From: Anaerovoracaceae bacterium
GTDB taxonomy: Bacteria; Bacillota; Clostridia; Peptostreptococcales; Anaerovoracaceae
DNA length: 64,000 nucleotides
Reading direction: 5' to 3'
NCBI GenBank assembly: GCA_036637375.1
Contig: JAVWMQ010000004.1
Location: 4,698-68,697 of the forward strand
In this document: positions 28,093-39,781 of the stretch, one piece after another
Position numbering within the stretch: position 1 is the first letter of the stretch
How the letters are laid out: every line of letters starts with the position of its first letter
Translations under genes and position numbers: made by a program
The notes under the pieces: model-generated
Database searches by the model: none
What the model was told of the DNA's origin: nothing
The model's input: only the letters and a program-made list of their open reading frames with translations

Positions 28093-28830
28093 ATGTCAGT
28101 AATTTCAATGAAACAGCTTTTAGAAGCAGGTGTTCACTTTGGACATCAGACAAGAAGATGGAACCCAAAAATGGCTCCATACATTTTTACAGAAAGAAAT
28201 GGTATTTACATCATCGACTTACAGAAAACTGTAAGAAAGATTGATGAAGCTTACTCTTTCATGAAGGAAGTTGGCGAAAGCGGCAAACCAGTATTATTCG
28301 TAGGAACAAAGAAACAGGCTCAGGCTGCTATCAAAGATGAAGCTGCTAGATGCGGAATGTACTACGTTAACCAGAGATGGTTAGGCGGAATGCTAACTAA
28401 CTACAAGACAATTTCTGCTAGAATTAAGAGACTTAATGATATTAAGAGAATGTCTGAAGATGGAACTTTTGCTAAATTAGGTAAGAGAGAAGTTCTAACA
28501 CTTGAAAGAGAATATGAAAGATTAGAAAAATTCTTAGGCGGTATCAAAGACATGAAAGGTATGCCAGGAGCAATCTTCGTTGTTGACCCTAAGAAAGAAA
28601 GAATTGCAGTTAAAGAAGCTAGAATTCTAGGAATTCCAGTTGTTGGTATCGTAGATACAAACTGTGACCCTGATGATGTTGATTACATTATTCCTGCTAA
28701 TGATGATGCTATTAGAGCAGTTAAATTAATTGCTGGTGGCATGGCTGACGCTATCATCGAAGGCAGACAGGGAGAAAGTTTCGATGAAGGAGAAGCTACT
28801 TCAGAAGTAGCAGAAAGCGAGGCAGAATAA
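28093..28830 (+). CDS. rpsB: 30S ribosomal protein S2
   Basis: ATG 28093 follows AGGAGG. The protein begins [27 protein letters not shown]. Confidence 0.95.
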   Translation: MSVISMKQLLEAGVHFGHQTRRWNPKMAPYIFTERNGIYIIDLQKTVRKIDEAYSFMKEVGESGKPVLFVGTKKQAQAAIKDEAARCGMYYVNQRWLGGMLTNYKTISARIKRLNDIKRMSEDGTFAKLGKREVLTLEREYERLEKFLGGIKDMKGMPGAIFVVDPKKERIAVKEARILGIPVVGIVDTNCDPDDVDYIIPANDDAIRAVKLIAGGMADAIIEGRQGESFDEGEATSEVAESEAE

Positions 28831-29753
28831 TGGCAGTAACAGCACAGATGGTAAAAGAACTTAGAGAAATCACAGGCGCAGGCATGATGGATTGCAAAAA
28901 AGTTCTTGTTGAAACAGATGGCGATATTGAAAAAGGTATTGAGCTACTAAGAGAAAAAGGACTTGCTAAAGCAGCTAAAAAAGCTGGAAGAGTTGCAGCA
29001 CAGGGTCTTGTAAGACTTGCATTCTCAGCAGATGGCAAAAAAGCAGCTATTATCGAAGTAAACTCAGAAACAGACTTCGTTGCAAAGAATGATGATTTCA
29101 TTAACTTTGTTGAAGGGCTAGCAAACTTAGCATTAGAATCAGATGTAGCAGACCTAGAAGCATTCATGGCTCTTTCATTTGGTGAAGGTACAGTTCAGGA
29201 TAGCTTAAACAACAAGATTGCAACAATCGGTGAAAACATGAACATCAGAAGATTTGAAAAGTTCGAAGAGCCAGGAGTTGTTTATGGCGGTTATGTTCAC
29301 GGAAACGGAACAATCGGTGTAATCGTTGGAATTAAAACAGATGCTACTGTTGAAGAAATTCAGGTTGTAGGTAAAGACGTTGCAATGCAGGTTGCTTCAA
29401 TGAACCCACAGTTCTTAGATGAATCTTCAGTAGATCCAGCATACATTGCACACGAAAGAGAAATCCTAACTCAGCAGGTTCTAAACGAAGGTAAAAAGCC
29501 AGAAATGGTTGACAGAATCGTTGATGGAAAAATCAAAAAAGAAATCAAAGAAGTTTGCCTAGTTGAACAGAAATTTGTTAAGAATGGCGATGTAACAGTT
29601 AAGCAGTATGTTGCTGAAGCTGGTGCAGCTATTGGCAAAGATATGGAAGTTGCTTCAATGCTTCGTTATGAAGTAGGCGAAGGAATCGAAAAAGTTGAAG
29701 AAGACTTTGCAGCAGAAGTAGCAGCACAGCAGGCAGCTGCAGCAGCTAAATAA
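28830..29753 (+). CDS. tsf: Elongation factor Ts
   Basis: 307 aa with a UBA-like N-terminus (MVKELREITGAGMMDCKKVL). The start overlaps the rpsB stop (TAATG). Confidence 0.95.
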   Translation: MAVTAQMVKELREITGAGMMDCKKVLVETDGDIEKGIELLREKGLAKAAKKAGRVAAQGLVRLAFSADGKKAAIIEVNSETDFVAKNDDFINFVEGLANLALESDVADLEAFMALSFGEGTVQDSLNNKIATIGENMNIRRFEKFEEPGVVYGGYVHGNGTIGVIVGIKTDATVEEIQVVGKDVAMQVASMNPQFLDESSVDPAYIAHEREILTQQVLNEGKKPEMVDRIVDGKIKKEIKEVCLVEQKFVKNGDVTVKQYVAEAGAAIGKDMEVASMLRYEVGEGIEKVEEDFAAEVAAQQAAAAAK

Positions 29754-29793
29754 GCAAAGAATATTCTAAACAACACAATTAAATTAGAAATAA

Positions 29794-29829
29794 AATGAAC
29801 ACAGAATTTCTGTGTTCATTTTTTTTTTA
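29794..29829 (+). terminator. Rho-independent terminator after tsf
   Basis: AATGAACACAG (29794-29804) pairs with CTGTGTTCATT (29810-29820), followed by a run of about 10 T. Confidence 0.85.
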
Positions 29830-29855
29830 TGCCTAAAATTCGTATAAATAAATCT

Positions 29856-29873
29856 TTATACAATCTTAATACA
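29856..29873 (+). promoter_or_regulatory. Candidate KdpE (OmpR-family) direct-repeat box upstream of kdpF
   Basis: TTATACA (29856-29862) and TAATACA (29867-29873) are 11 bp apart start to start, about 90 nt upstream of kdpF. Confidence 0.3.
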
Positions 29874-29952
29874 TTACATATATATGTTAATGCACAATTA
29901 ATACCCAAAGTGGTAATCTTGGTATATCAGTTATTAAGTAAGGAGGACAGAC

Positions 29953-30042
29953 ATGGGAATATTGATACCAATTATTGGCGGAGTAATGGTTTCGTTACTA
30001 GTGTATTATGTAGTGATTTTATTAAGAGGAGATAAGCAATGA
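29953..30042 (+). CDS. kdpF: Potassium-transporting ATPase subunit F; below the ORF-track size cutoff
   Basis: 29 aa hydrophobic peptide [35 protein letters not shown] lies 7 nt upstream. The stop overlaps the kdpA start (ATGA). Confidence 0.7.
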   Translation: MGILIPIIGGVMVSLLVYYVVILLRGDKQ

Positions 30043-31856
30043 GAGATATAATTATAGAATATGCAATGTATTTAATAATTTTGGTAGGACTTGGAATTCC
30101 ACTTGGAGCATATATTGGAAAAGTTATGAATGGAGAAAAAACTTTTTTGTCCAAAATATTAGTTCCTTGTGAGAACTTAGTATATAAAGTTATAAAGATA
30201 GATAAGAACCAGGAAATGACATGGAAAAAATATGCATTAAGTGCATTAGTATTTAGTGGAGTAAGCTTTTTAGTTGTATTTGGTTTACAGCTAGCTCAAG
30301 GATTTTTGCCAGGCAATCCACAAAACCTTCAAGGTGTTGCTCCTGACTTATCCTTTAACACTGCGGTTAGTTTTATAACAAATACAAACTGGCAGTCATA
30401 CAGTGGAGAAGCCACTTTGAGCTACTTGACACAGGCATTAGGATTAACAGTTCAGAACTTTGTATCAGCAGCAACAGGTATAGCAGTATTGTTTGCATTA
30501 ATTAGAGGCTTTACAAGGATAAATGAAAAAGGTGTTGGTAATTATTTCAAAGACATGACAAGAGTTCTTATTCATGTTCTGATTCCAATTAATATTGTAA
30601 TAGCTATGCTACTTGTTGGTGGTGGTGTTGTTCAAAATATGAACCAAGCACAAGAAGTTGCATTACTTGAACCTATTGCAGTTACAGCAGAAGGGGAGAT
30701 TATCAAAGATGCAAAAATAGATTTGGAAAATAAAACGGTAAAAGTAGAAGATAACATCGTAAAAGATGCTGAAATTGTTACAAAGCAATTTGTACCACAG
30801 GGACCAGCGGCAAGTCAGGTTGCAATTAAACAGACAGGAACCAATGGTGGTGGTTTCTTTGGAACTAACTCTGCACACCCACTAGAAAATCCAAATGGAT
30901 TTACAAATTTAATTGAAATGATTTCAATATTGCTTATCCCAGTAGCTCTTTGTTTTACATTTGGTAGAAATATCAAAAATAAACGACAAGGGGTAGCAAT
31001 ATTTATGGCAATGTTTATATGTTTAGTAGTTGCTCTAAGTACAATTGCTGTTAATGAACAAATGGCTACAGCACAACTTGCGCAAGATGGTGCTGTTAAT
31101 ATGACAACAGTTGAGCAAGCTGGTGGAAATATGGAAGGCAAAGAAAGTAGATTTGGTATTGCCGCATCATCGACTTGGACAGCATTTACAACAGCAGCAT
31201 CAAGTGGTTCTGTAAACTCAATGATAGATAGTTACACTCCAATTGGAGGACTTGTAGCAATGTTACAGATGCAACTAGGAGAAGTTATATTTGGTGGTGT
31301 TGGATCAGGATTATATGGTATGTTAGCATTTGCAATATTAACTGTATTTATTGCAGGTCTAATGGTTGGAAGAACACCAGAATTTTTAGGCAAAAAAATA
31401 GAGCCATACGAGATGAAATGGGCTGTACTAGTTTGTTTAGCAACTCCTGCAGCGATATTAATTGGCAGTGGTATTAGTGCAATGCTTCCAGGAACTATAG
31501 ATAACCTTGCTAATGGAGGCGCCCATGGATTTTCTGAAATGCTGTATGCATATACATCAGCTGGTGGGAATAATGGCTCTGCATTTGCAGGATACAATGG
31601 TAACACATTGTTTGGAAATATATCATTAGGAATGTCAATGTTATTTGCTAGATTTTTACCTATAGTGGGTACACTTGCAATTGCAGGAAGTCTTGCAAAG
31701 AAAAAGAAAATTGCTGAAACAGCAGGTACATTATCAACAACAAACGGTACATTTGTATTTTTACTAATATTTGTTGTTTTACTAATAGGCGCATTAAGCT
31801 TTGTACCAGCTTTGGCACTTGGACCTATTGCTGAGTTTTTTGGAAGTTTAGTATAG
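30039..31856 (+). CDS. kdpA: Potassium-transporting ATPase subunit A
   Basis: 605 aa polytopic membrane protein with selectivity-filter-like motifs [17 protein letters not shown] and SSGSVNSM. Confidence 0.95.
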   Translation: MRDIIIEYAMYLIILVGLGIPLGAYIGKVMNGEKTFLSKILVPCENLVYKVIKIDKNQEMTWKKYALSALVFSGVSFLVVFGLQLAQGFLPGNPQNLQGVAPDLSFNTAVSFITNTNWQSYSGEATLSYLTQALGLTVQNFVSAATGIAVLFALIRGFTRINEKGVGNYFKDMTRVLIHVLIPINIVIAMLLVGGGVVQNMNQAQEVALLEPIAVTAEGEIIKDAKIDLENKTVKVEDNIVKDAEIVTKQFVPQGPAASQVAIKQTGTNGGGFFGTNSAHPLENPNGFTNLIEMISILLIPVALCFTFGRNIKNKRQGVAIFMAMFICLVVALSTIAVNEQMATAQLAQDGAVNMTTVEQAGGNMEGKESRFGIAASSTWTAFTTAASSGSVNSMIDSYTPIGGLVAMLQMQLGEVIFGGVGSGLYGMLAFAILTVFIAGLMVGRTPEFLGKKIEPYEMKWAVLVCLATPAAILIGSGISAMLPGTIDNLANGGAHGFSEMLYAYTSAGGNNGSAFAGYNGNTLFGNISLGMSMLFARFLPIVGTLAIAGSLAKKKKIAETAGTLSTTNGTFVFLLIFVVLLIGALSFVPALALGPIAEFFGSLV

Positions 31857-31869
31857 GAGGAGTATAGAA

Positions 31870-33927
31870 ATGATTAAACAAGGAACTATGAAAATGGATA
31901 CTATAGGAAGGGCAGTTAAGGATTCTTTTGTGAAACTATCACCTAAGACACAAGTAAAAAATCCTGTAATGCTTCTTGTATATATATCATCAATTTTAAC
32001 TACAATACTATGGGGCGCATCATTAATGGGTGTTAGTGATGCTCCATCATATTATACTCTAGCTATTGCAATAATTTTATGGTTTACTGTATTGTTTGGA
32101 AACTTTGCAGAATCAATTGCAGAAGGTAAGGGTAAAGCACAAGCAGATTCATTGAGAGCTGCAAAAAAGGATGTAGAAGCTCATAAAATAAAGAGTATAG
32201 AGACAAAGGATCAAATAGAAAATATTTCATCAGCGCTTTTGAAAAAAGGTGACATAGTTATAGTAAAGGCTGGCGAGCAGATTCCAGCTGATGGTGATGT
32301 TATTGATGGAGCTGCATCAGTTGATGAAAGTGCAATTACAGGGGAATCAGCACCTGTAATTCGTGAAAGTGGCGGAGATAGAAGTGCTGTTACTGGTGGT
32401 ACAACGGTTCTTTCAGATTGGATTATTATTGAAATTGTAAATGAAGCAGGTAAAAGCTTTTTGGACAAAATGATAGCCATGGTAGAAGGAGCTGCTAGAA
32501 AGAAAACTCCAAATGAAATTGCTTTACAAATATTTTTGGTAGCATTATCAATTATATTTATATTAGTAACACTTTCACTTTATGCTTATTCAAATTTTAC
32601 AGCATCATTAGCAGGAATTAAAAATCCAACGTCAGTGACAACATTGGTAGCACTTCTTGTTTGTCTAGCGCCAACAACAATTGGAGCTTTACTATCTTCA
32701 ATAGGAATTGCAGGAATGAGTAGGCTGAACCAAGCCAATGTACTTGCAATGAGCGGTAGAGCTATTGAAGCAGCAGGAGATGTTGATATATTAATGCTTG
32801 ACAAAACAGGGACAATAACTCTTGGTAATAGACAGGCTTCAGAATTTATACCAGTAGATGGTGTAGATATTAAAGAATTAGCAGATGCAGCCCAGTTATC
32901 ATCATTAGCAGATGAGACACCAGAAGGCAGAAGCATTGTAGTTCTTGCAAAAGAACAATTTGATATTAGAGGACGAGATTTAAAAGGCAAGGGGATGACA
33001 TTTGTACCTTTTACTGCAAAAACTAGAATGAGTGGTGTGGATTTTGATGGAAATGAAATTCGTAAAGGTGCAGCAGATTCTGTTAAATCATATGTAATTG
33101 CAGCTGGAAATACTTATAGTGATGAGTGCGATGATGTGGTGAGAAAAATAGCAGAAAAAGGTGGCACACCTTTAGTTGTGTCAAAGAATCATAAAGTTTT
33201 AGGGGTTGTTTATCTAAAAGATATTATTAAGCAAGGTGTAAAAGAAAAATTCAATGATTTAAGACGTATGGGAATTAAGACTATAATGATTACAGGTGAT
33301 AATCCTTTGACAGCAGCGGCAATAGCAGCTGAAGCAGGTGTTGATGACTTCCTAGCAGAAGCAACACCAGAAGGCAAGCTTGAAATGATTAGGGATTTTC
33401 AGGCAAATGGGCACCTTGTAGCTATGACAGGTGATGGTACAAATGATGCACCAGCGCTAGCACAAGCAGACGTTGCAGTTGCAATGAATACGGGAACACA
33501 AGCAGCAAAAGAAGCTGGAAATATGGTTGACCTTGATTCATCACCAACAAAATTAATTGATATTGTTAGAATAGGTAAGCAACTATTAATGACAAGGGGA
33601 AGTTTAACGACTTTTTCTATTGCCAATGACTTAGCAAAATATTTTGCTATAATACCTGCTTTATTTATTAGTATATATCCTCAGCTTGGAGTTCTAAATG
33701 TAATGAATTTACATTCTCCAGAGACAGCAGTGCTTAGTGCGATAATATATAATGCATTAATTATTATTGCCCTTATACCTTTGGCGCTAAAAGGGGTTAA
33801 ATACAGAGAAGTGTCAGCAGGAAAATTATTAAAGAGCAACTTACTAATTTATGGCGTTGGTGGGCTAATTGCACCATTTATAGCAATTAAGTTAATCGAT
33901 ATGCTTTTAGTAATGATGGGAATGTAG
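31870..33927 (+). CDS. kdpB: Potassium-transporting ATPase subunit B (P-type ATPase)
   Basis: 685 aa with DKTGTIT, TGDN and [13 protein letters not shown]. Confidence 0.95.
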   Translation: MIKQGTMKMDTIGRAVKDSFVKLSPKTQVKNPVMLLVYISSILTTILWGASLMGVSDAPSYYTLAIAIILWFTVLFGNFAESIAEGKGKAQADSLRAAKKDVEAHKIKSIETKDQIENISSALLKKGDIVIVKAGEQIPADGDVIDGAASVDESAITGESAPVIRESGGDRSAVTGGTTVLSDWIIIEIVNEAGKSFLDKMIAMVEGAARKKTPNEIALQIFLVALSIIFILVTLSLYAYSNFTASLAGIKNPTSVTTLVALLVCLAPTTIGALLSSIGIAGMSRLNQANVLAMSGRAIEAAGDVDILMLDKTGTITLGNRQASEFIPVDGVDIKELADAAQLSSLADETPEGRSIVVLAKEQFDIRGRDLKGKGMTFVPFTAKTRMSGVDFDGNEIRKGAADSVKSYVIAAGNTYSDECDDVVRKIAEKGGTPLVVSKNHKVLGVVYLKDIIKQGVKEKFNDLRRMGIKTIMITGDNPLTAAAIAAEAGVDDFLAEATPEGKLEMIRDFQANGHLVAMTGDGTNDAPALAQADVAVAMNTGTQAAKEAGNMVDLDSSPTKLIDIVRIGKQLLMTRGSLTTFSIANDLAKYFAIIPALFISIYPQLGVLNVMNLHSPETAVLSAIIYNALIIIALIPLALKGVKYREVSAGKLLKSNLLIYGVGGLIAPFIAIKLIDMLLVMMGM

Positions 33928-33941
33928 GAAGGAGAAAAGAA

Positions 33942-34529
33942 ATGAATGTATTTGCGAAATCAATAAAGTTTTTATTGATTATGACATTGATATGTGGGAT
34001 TCTTTACACTGGCGTAATAACAGTTTTGGGACAAACTTTTTTTGCAAAGCAAGCAAACGGTAGTATTATTGAAATAGATGGTACTAAATATGGCTCTGAA
34101 CATATGGGACAATATTATGATTCTGACAAACATATGTGGGGTAGAATTATGAACATTGATGTAAACACTTATAAAAATAAAGATGGGGAAAGATTAATGT
34201 ATTCTGCTCCATCTAACATGAGCCCTGCAAGTGAAGAATTTAGAAAAATAGTTGCTCAAAGGGTAGAAACAATAAAGGAAGCAAATGGCAATGAAATGGA
34301 GCCTGTTCCAAATGAGCTTGTTACAGGTTCAGGTAGTGGACTTGACCCAGCAATATCTGTTGCAGCTGCTAAATATCAAGTTGAAAGATTAGCAAAAGCA
34401 AATGACATAAGTGAAGAAACTGTTTCTAGATATATTGACAAGGCTACCAAAGGCGAATTCCTAGGCATATTTGGACAAAAAACAGTTAATGTTTTGGAAG
34501 TGAATCTAATGATTGATGGGATTTTATAA
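33942..34529 (+). CDS. kdpC: Potassium-transporting ATPase subunit C
   Basis: 195 aa with an N-terminal TM segment and the GSGSGLDP motif. Confidence 0.9.
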   Translation: MNVFAKSIKFLLIMTLICGILYTGVITVLGQTFFAKQANGSIIEIDGTKYGSEHMGQYYDSDKHMWGRIMNIDVNTYKNKDGERLMYSAPSNMSPASEEFRKIVAQRVETIKEANGNEMEPVPNELVTGSGSGLDPAISVAAAKYQVERLAKANDISEETVSRYIDKATKGEFLGIFGQKTVNVLEVNLMIDGIL

Positions 34530-34571
34530 ATTTTATGATATAATATGTACATCAAACGGAGGAAATAATAT

Positions 34572-37256
34572 ATGGAACGCAAGAGGCTTGATCCAGATGA
34601 CATTTTAAAAAAAATTAAAGAAGAGGCTGAAGGTACACAAAGAGGACATTTAAAGATATTTTTTGGATATGCTGCAGGTGTTGGTAAGACATTTACCATG
34701 CTTGAAGCAGCCCATAGTGCCAAAGATAGGGGAATTGACGTAGTTGTAGGATATATAGAACCTCACACAAGACCTGCAACAACGGCACTTCTTTCGGGGC
34801 TTGAAGTTATGCAGCCACTAAAGACCAAGCATAAGGGCATAGATGTAAGAGATTTTGATATAGATGCTGCAATAAAGAGAAATCCAGAAATAATATTAGT
34901 AGATGAGCTGGCACATACTAATGTTGAAGGATGCAGACACAAAAAGCGATACCAAGATATTGAAGAACTTTTGAAGGCTGGTATTGATGTTTACACAACA
35001 GTAAATGTTCAGCACCTTGAAAGTTTAAATGATGTTGTTGCATCAATTACAGGAGTTTTAGTTCGTGAGAGAATACCAGATCATGTATTTGATGGGGCAG
35101 AGCAAGTTGAACTTGTTGACATTGAACCAGAAGAATTAATCAGACGATTAAACGAAGGTAAAATATATGTGGGTGAGCAAAAACATAGGGCTATTGGTAA
35201 CTTTTTTAGCATTGAAAATTTAATTGCTCTTAGAGAAATTGCTCTTAGGAGATCTGCCGATAGAGTTAATCGACGTTCAGAGCGAAATAAACTTTCTGGC
35301 GGTGATGCTGAGGTAGAAGAAAACATACTTGTTTGTATATCTCCATCGGCATCAAATAGCAGGATAATTAGAACTGCAGCTAGAATGGCAAATGTTTTTA
35401 AGGGTAGCTTTATGGCTCTTTATGTAGAAACACCAAAATCAAGTGGTATAAGTGAAAAGGACAAAGAGGTTCTTAGAAACAATATGCGTTTAGCAGAGCA
35501 ACTTGGTGCCAAAATAGAAATAGTATATGGAGATGATGTGCCGTTCCAAATTGCAGAATTTGCACGAATGTCTGGAACATCAAAAATAATTTTAGGTAAA
35601 AATAATTGGAAGAGAAATAAAACTTTTGGTGGATCTTCCTTAGGAGAAAAATTAACTAGAATAACAAGTGATATAGAAATATGCATCATCCCAAATAGGA
35701 AAAATGATAGATATAAAGCGGCTATTAAACCGCCTGGTTTTAAATTTGAGATTTCAGATTTAATTAAAAGTATAGCAATACTTTTGTCCGCAACTTTCAT
35801 AGGTGTGTTTTTTTATGAGGTTGGATTTAGCGAGGCTAATACAATTACAATATATATTTTAAGTGTATTAATAACTGCAGTTGTAACAACCCAGCGGATT
35901 TATAGTTTAGTATCTTCAATTCTCAGTGTGCTTGTATTTAATTTTGTATTTACTGAGCCAAGGTTTACTTTAAATGCTTACGATGCAGGTTACGCAACAA
36001 CATTTTTTATTATGTTTGTATCTGCATTTATTACAAGTTCCCTTGCAGTAAAAATAAAGGAAAGTGCTAGACAAACCTCTCAAAAGGCATTTAGAACTAA
36101 AATCCTACTTGAGACAAACCAATTACTTCAATCACAAAATGCTACTGCAGGTATTGTGGCAGTTACAGTTAAACAATTAATGAAGTTACTTGGCAAGGAT
36201 ATAGTGTTTTATGCAGTTGAGGACAACAAGCTTGGTTCTCCAACTGTGTTTATGTCGCTTGAAACAGATGTAAATAATGATTACATTAGTGAAAACGAAA
36301 AAGCTGTTGCTGCGTGGGTTTTTAAAAATAATAAACATGCAGGGGCGACTACTAACACGTTAGGAAATGCTAAATGCTTGTATTTGGCAGTAAGGGTTAA
36401 GAATAAGGTTTATGGCGTTGTAGGTATTGTTACAGATAATGAGCCTTTAGAAGCCTTCGAAAACAGCGTTGTCCTATCAGTTTTAGGTGAGTGTGCTCTT
36501 GCAATGGAGAACAAAAAGGTGCAAGAAGAACGTGAAGAGGCAGCTGTTTTGGCAAAGAACGAACAGCTACGAGCTAACCTTTTGAGGGCGATTTCTCATG
36601 ATCTTAGAACACCTCTAACATCTATCTCAGGCAATGCAGGAATACTTCTTTCAAGTGGGACAGCGATTGCAGAGGATAAGAAAATTGATTTATATAAGGG
36701 CATATATGATGATTCTCTTTGGTTAATCAATTTAGTAGAAAACCTGCTTTCTGTAACAAGACTTTCTGATGGAACAATGAATCTTAATTTTAATGCTGAA
36801 CTTGTAGAGGAAGTTGTTGAAGAGGCATTATCACAAATCAAAAGGAGAAATGCGACTCATAATATAATAGTTAACCAAAAGGACGAGTTTTTACTTGCCA
36901 AAATGGATGCAAGATTGATAATGCAAGTAATCATCAATATCGTGGAAAATGCAATTAAATATACCGAGGAAGGTTCTAATATTGAAATTTTGGTAAGAAA
37001 AATTAAAGATGAAATTGTTGTTGACATTGCAGATAACGGCAATGGCATATCAGATGAATCAAAAGAAAAAATATTTGATATGTTTTATACAGACAATAAA
37101 CTTGCAGATAGTAGACGTAGCTTGGGACTTGGGCTAGCGTTGTGCAAATCAATAATTTTGGCACATGAAGGTGAGATTTCTGTATTTGATAATATTCCTA
37201 AGGGAACTGTTTTTCGTTTTACATTACCAGCAGAGGAGGTAGTATTACATGAATAA
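34572..37256 (+). CDS. kdpD: Sensor histidine kinase KdpD
   Basis: 894 aa. N-terminal KdpD domain with GYAAGVGKT, USP-like domain, four TM segments, GAF-like region, H-box SHDLRTPLTSI and HATPase (DNGNGI, GLGLGLA). Confidence 0.9.
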   Translation: MERKRLDPDDILKKIKEEAEGTQRGHLKIFFGYAAGVGKTFTMLEAAHSAKDRGIDVVVGYIEPHTRPATTALLSGLEVMQPLKTKHKGIDVRDFDIDAAIKRNPEIILVDELAHTNVEGCRHKKRYQDIEELLKAGIDVYTTVNVQHLESLNDVVASITGVLVRERIPDHVFDGAEQVELVDIEPEELIRRLNEGKIYVGEQKHRAIGNFFSIENLIALREIALRRSADRVNRRSERNKLSGGDAEVEENILVCISPSASNSRIIRTAARMANVFKGSFMALYVETPKSSGISEKDKEVLRNNMRLAEQLGAKIEIVYGDDVPFQIAEFARMSGTSKIILGKNNWKRNKTFGGSSLGEKLTRITSDIEICIIPNRKNDRYKAAIKPPGFKFEISDLIKSIAILLSATFIGVFFYEVGFSEANTITIYILSVLITAVVTTQRIYSLVSSILSVLVFNFVFTEPRFTLNAYDAGYATTFFIMFVSAFITSSLAVKIKESARQTSQKAFRTKILLETNQLLQSQNATAGIVAVTVKQLMKLLGKDIVFYAVEDNKLGSPTVFMSLETDVNNDYISENEKAVAAWVFKNNKHAGATTNTLGNAKCLYLAVRVKNKVYGVVGIVTDNEPLEAFENSVVLSVLGECALAMENKKVQEEREEAAVLAKNEQLRANLLRAISHDLRTPLTSISGNAGILLSSGTAIAEDKKIDLYKGIYDDSLWLINLVENLLSVTRLSDGTMNLNFNAELVEEVVEEALSQIKRRNATHNIIVNQKDEFLLAKMDARLIMQVIINIVENAIKYTEEGSNIEILVRKIKDEIVVDIADNGNGISDESKEKIFDMFYTDNKLADSRRSLGLGLALCKSIILAHEGEISVFDNIPKGTVFRFTLPAEEVVLHE

Positions 37257-37947
37257 ACCAACGATCTTAGTAGTTGAAGATGATAGTGCTATTAGAAATT
37301 TAATTTCGACAACTATGGAAACACAAGAATATAAATATCATGTAGCGGTAACTGGCAAAGATGCTATACTTGAGGCTGTTACTCATAAACCTGATGTGAT
37401 TTTGCTTGACCTTGGGCTACCTGATATGGATGGTGTATCGGTAATTAAAAAAATTCGTACATGGTCAAATGTTCCTATTATTGTAATAAGTGCGAGAAGT
37501 GAGGAAACAGATAAAATTGAAGCGCTGGATTTTGGGGCTGATGATTATTTGACGAAACCTTTTTCGGTTGAAGAATTACTTGCAAGGTTGAGAGTTACCT
37601 TTCGTAGGTTAAATCACACTCCGAATAGTGAAAACCTTGAAAAATCAATATTTATAAATGGAAATTTGAAAATTGATTATAGTGCAGGGTGTGGATACAT
37701 GAATGATAAAGAAATTCATTTTACACCAATAGAGTTTAAATTAATAGTTTTGCTTTCCAAAAACGTAGGCAAAGTGTTGACACATAAATATATTACACAG
37801 GAAATTTGGGGAAGTTCATGGGATAGTGATGTGGCATCTCTAAGGGTTTTTATGGCAACATTAAGAAAAAAAATAGACAAACTCGATGGCAAGAATCAGT
37901 ATATTCAAACTCATGTGGGAGTTGGATATAGAATGTTAAGAGTATAA
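37249..37947 (+). CDS. kdpE: Response regulator KdpE (OmpR family)
   Basis: 232 aa with an 8 nt overlap with kdpD. Receiver domain (VVEDD, ILLDLGLPDMDG) plus winged helix (VGVGYRM). Confidence 0.9.
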   Translation: MNKPTILVVEDDSAIRNLISTTMETQEYKYHVAVTGKDAILEAVTHKPDVILLDLGLPDMDGVSVIKKIRTWSNVPIIVISARSEETDKIEALDFGADDYLTKPFSVEELLARLRVTFRRLNHTPNSENLEKSIFINGNLKIDYSAGCGYMNDKEIHFTPIEFKLIVLLSKNVGKVLTHKYITQEIWGSSWDSDVASLRVFMATLRKKIDKLDGKNQYIQTHVGVGYRMLRV

Positions 37948-37950
37948 GAT

Positions 37951-37980
37951 AAGGGCTATAGCATAATTGCTGTAGCCCTT
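37951..37980. terminator. Bidirectional hairpin between convergent kdpE and pepP
   Basis: AAGGGCTATAGC pairs with GCTGTAGCCCTT (one G-U pair). Both flanks are AT-rich. Confidence 0.6.
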
Positions 37981-37999
37981 ATAAATTTAAAATTTTTGA

Positions 38000-39781
38000 T
38001 TATATTTTTTGTGTTGCATTTTTGAGCCAAGAAACCTCATCTGGATTAAGTAAAGGTGAAATTTTCTCAAATACAATTTGATGATATGTATTTAAAGACT
38101 CTCGTGTTTCATTTGAAATATATGATAAATCAATGCCTGCAAGATCAAAAGGAACAAAAGTTAAGTATTCAAATGCTAATAACTCTGGGCTAACATCGGA
38201 TTTAACACAAAGCATTTCGTTTTCGTGTCTAATGCCGTATTCCCCTTCAATATAAAGCCCAGGTTCGTTAGAGTTTATCATACCAGCTTCCATTGGCACA
38301 GAGTAACCAACATTCTTGCAATTAATATTATTTGGAAATTCATGGACGTTAAGCATATGACCAACACCATGACCTGTACCATGGTTGTAGTCTAAACCTA
38401 ATTTCCATAGGGGGCTCCTAGCAATAACATCTAGCTGTGCAGCCGCAAATGTATTTGGGAAAACTGCATTTCCAAGGGCAAACATACCCGACAAAACCGC
38501 TGTGAAGTGTAACTTCATAGTATCACTTAATGGGCCCAGTACAATTGTTCTAGTAATATCGGTCGTTCCTCCCATATAATGTCCGCCTGTATCAACTAAA
38601 ACTAAACCTTCATCTAAGAGTTTAACATCTGTTTCTTCAGTTGCCTCGTAATGGACAATAGCACCATGAGCATTATAGCCTACAATTGCAGCAAAACTTT
38701 CGTCAAAGCAACCTTGTTCTTTTCTAAACTCATATAGTTTTTTGCTTGCGCTTAATTCTGTTATTTGCCCTGTTGCAACGTTTTCTTTTAGCCATTTTAT
38801 AAATCTAATCATGGCAACTGCATCCTTGAGATGGACTTCTTTTGTTGAAGCAATTTCAATGGAATTTTTGATTGCCTTTGCAGTGGTTGTTGGATTTACT
38901 GCTAGAACTACTTTTAATCTTTCCATTAACTTTGATCCTATCTCGTAATTTGTAAATTCAGGACTAATTAAAATTGACATATCTTTTTTGAGGGTATCTA
39001 CGAATGTGTAGATATGATTGTAAGGCATAATTGTAATGTCAAGGCCTTTAAGGTAATCTGACATTTCAGTATTAAATTTACATTCATCTGCAAACAATAT
39101 GAACTCATTTTGTGAAATATATGCATAGCTTAGAATGAGTGGGTTGAAATCTATATCAGCACCACGAATGTTTAAAAGCCAAGCGATATCGTCTAGAGTT
39201 GTTAGTATGTGTCCATTAACATTTGCTTTAGTCAATTCATTGCGCAAATTTGCGATTTTGTTTGTTGAATGAATCCCTGTATATTTTTCATCTATTAAAT
39301 ATGCGGGTGCTTTGGATAATTCTGGTCTAGCTGTCCACACTTGATCTACTAAGTCAAGATTAGTGACTAAAGATACACCATTTGCTGAAAGTTCATTATT
39401 TAACGCTGTACCAAACTCAAGAGAAATGGTACGACCGTCAAGTCCAAGCCTATCACCACAGATTAAGTTTGTTGACAAAAATTCTGTAATTGTTGGAACG
39501 TTCTTTTCTCCCATTTTTTGAAGTTTGATTTCAGTGTTAGAAAGCTGCTTTGCAGCTTGAATGAAGTACCTGCCATCAGTCCAAAGGTGGGCTTCTTGAT
39601 TGGTGACAATAAGTGTGCCAGAGGAACCAGTGAAACCTGACATATATTCTCTACACTTAAAATAGTCGCCTACATATTCAGATAGATGGAAGTCATCTGT
39701 TCCAATGTAATAAGCATCTATGTTGTTGCTAATCATCAGCTCTCTTAGCTTGTTGATTCTTCTTGATATTTCATTTTTCAT
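38000..39781 (-). CDS. pepP: Xaa-Pro aminopeptidase (M24B, three-domain APP1-like)
   Basis: 593 aa. Creatinase-like N domains are followed by an M24 pita-bread core with DTGGHY, HGTGHGVG and NEPG. Confidence 0.85.
   Translation of the reverse strand: MKNEISRRINKLRELMISNNIDAYYIGTDDFHLSEYVGDYFKCREYMSGFTGSSGTLIVTNQEAHLWTDGRYFIQAAKQLSNTEIKLQKMGEKNVPTITEFLSTNLICGDRLGLDGRTISLEFGTALNNELSANGVSLVTNLDLVDQVWTARPELSKAPAYLIDEKYTGIHSTNKIANLRNELTKANVNGHILTTLDDIAWLLNIRGADIDFNPLILSYAYISQNEFILFADECKFNTEMSDYLKGLDITIMPYNHIYTFVDTLKKDMSILISPEFTNYEIGSKLMERLKVVLAVNPTTTAKAIKNSIEIASTKEVHLKDAVAMIRFIKWLKENVATGQITELSASKKLYEFRKEQGCFDESFAAIVGYNAHGAIVHYEATEETDVKLLDEGLVLVDTGGHYMGGTTDITRTIVLGPLSDTMKLHFTAVLSGMFALGNAVFPNTFAAAQLDVIARSPLWKLGLDYNHGTGHGVGHMLNVHEFPNNINCKNVGYSVPMEAGMINSNEPGLYIEGEYGIRHENEMLCVKSDVSPELLAFEYLTFVPFDLAGIDLSYISNETRESLNTYHQIVFEKISPLLNPDEVSWLKNATQKI

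Noticed and set aside
29830-29952. c-di-AMP (ydaO/kimA-type) riboswitch upstream of kdp
   Set aside because: The gap is only about 120 nt. It lacks the paired pseudo-symmetric helices and conserved ACGGGGA/CCCA-type elements I would expect.
29829-30035. 68 aa + strand ORF upstream of kdpA
   Set aside because: It starts inside the tsf terminator T run, spans the kdp promoter region and overlaps kdpF in another frame. It has no RBS, whereas kdpF has a proper RBS and a family-like sequence.
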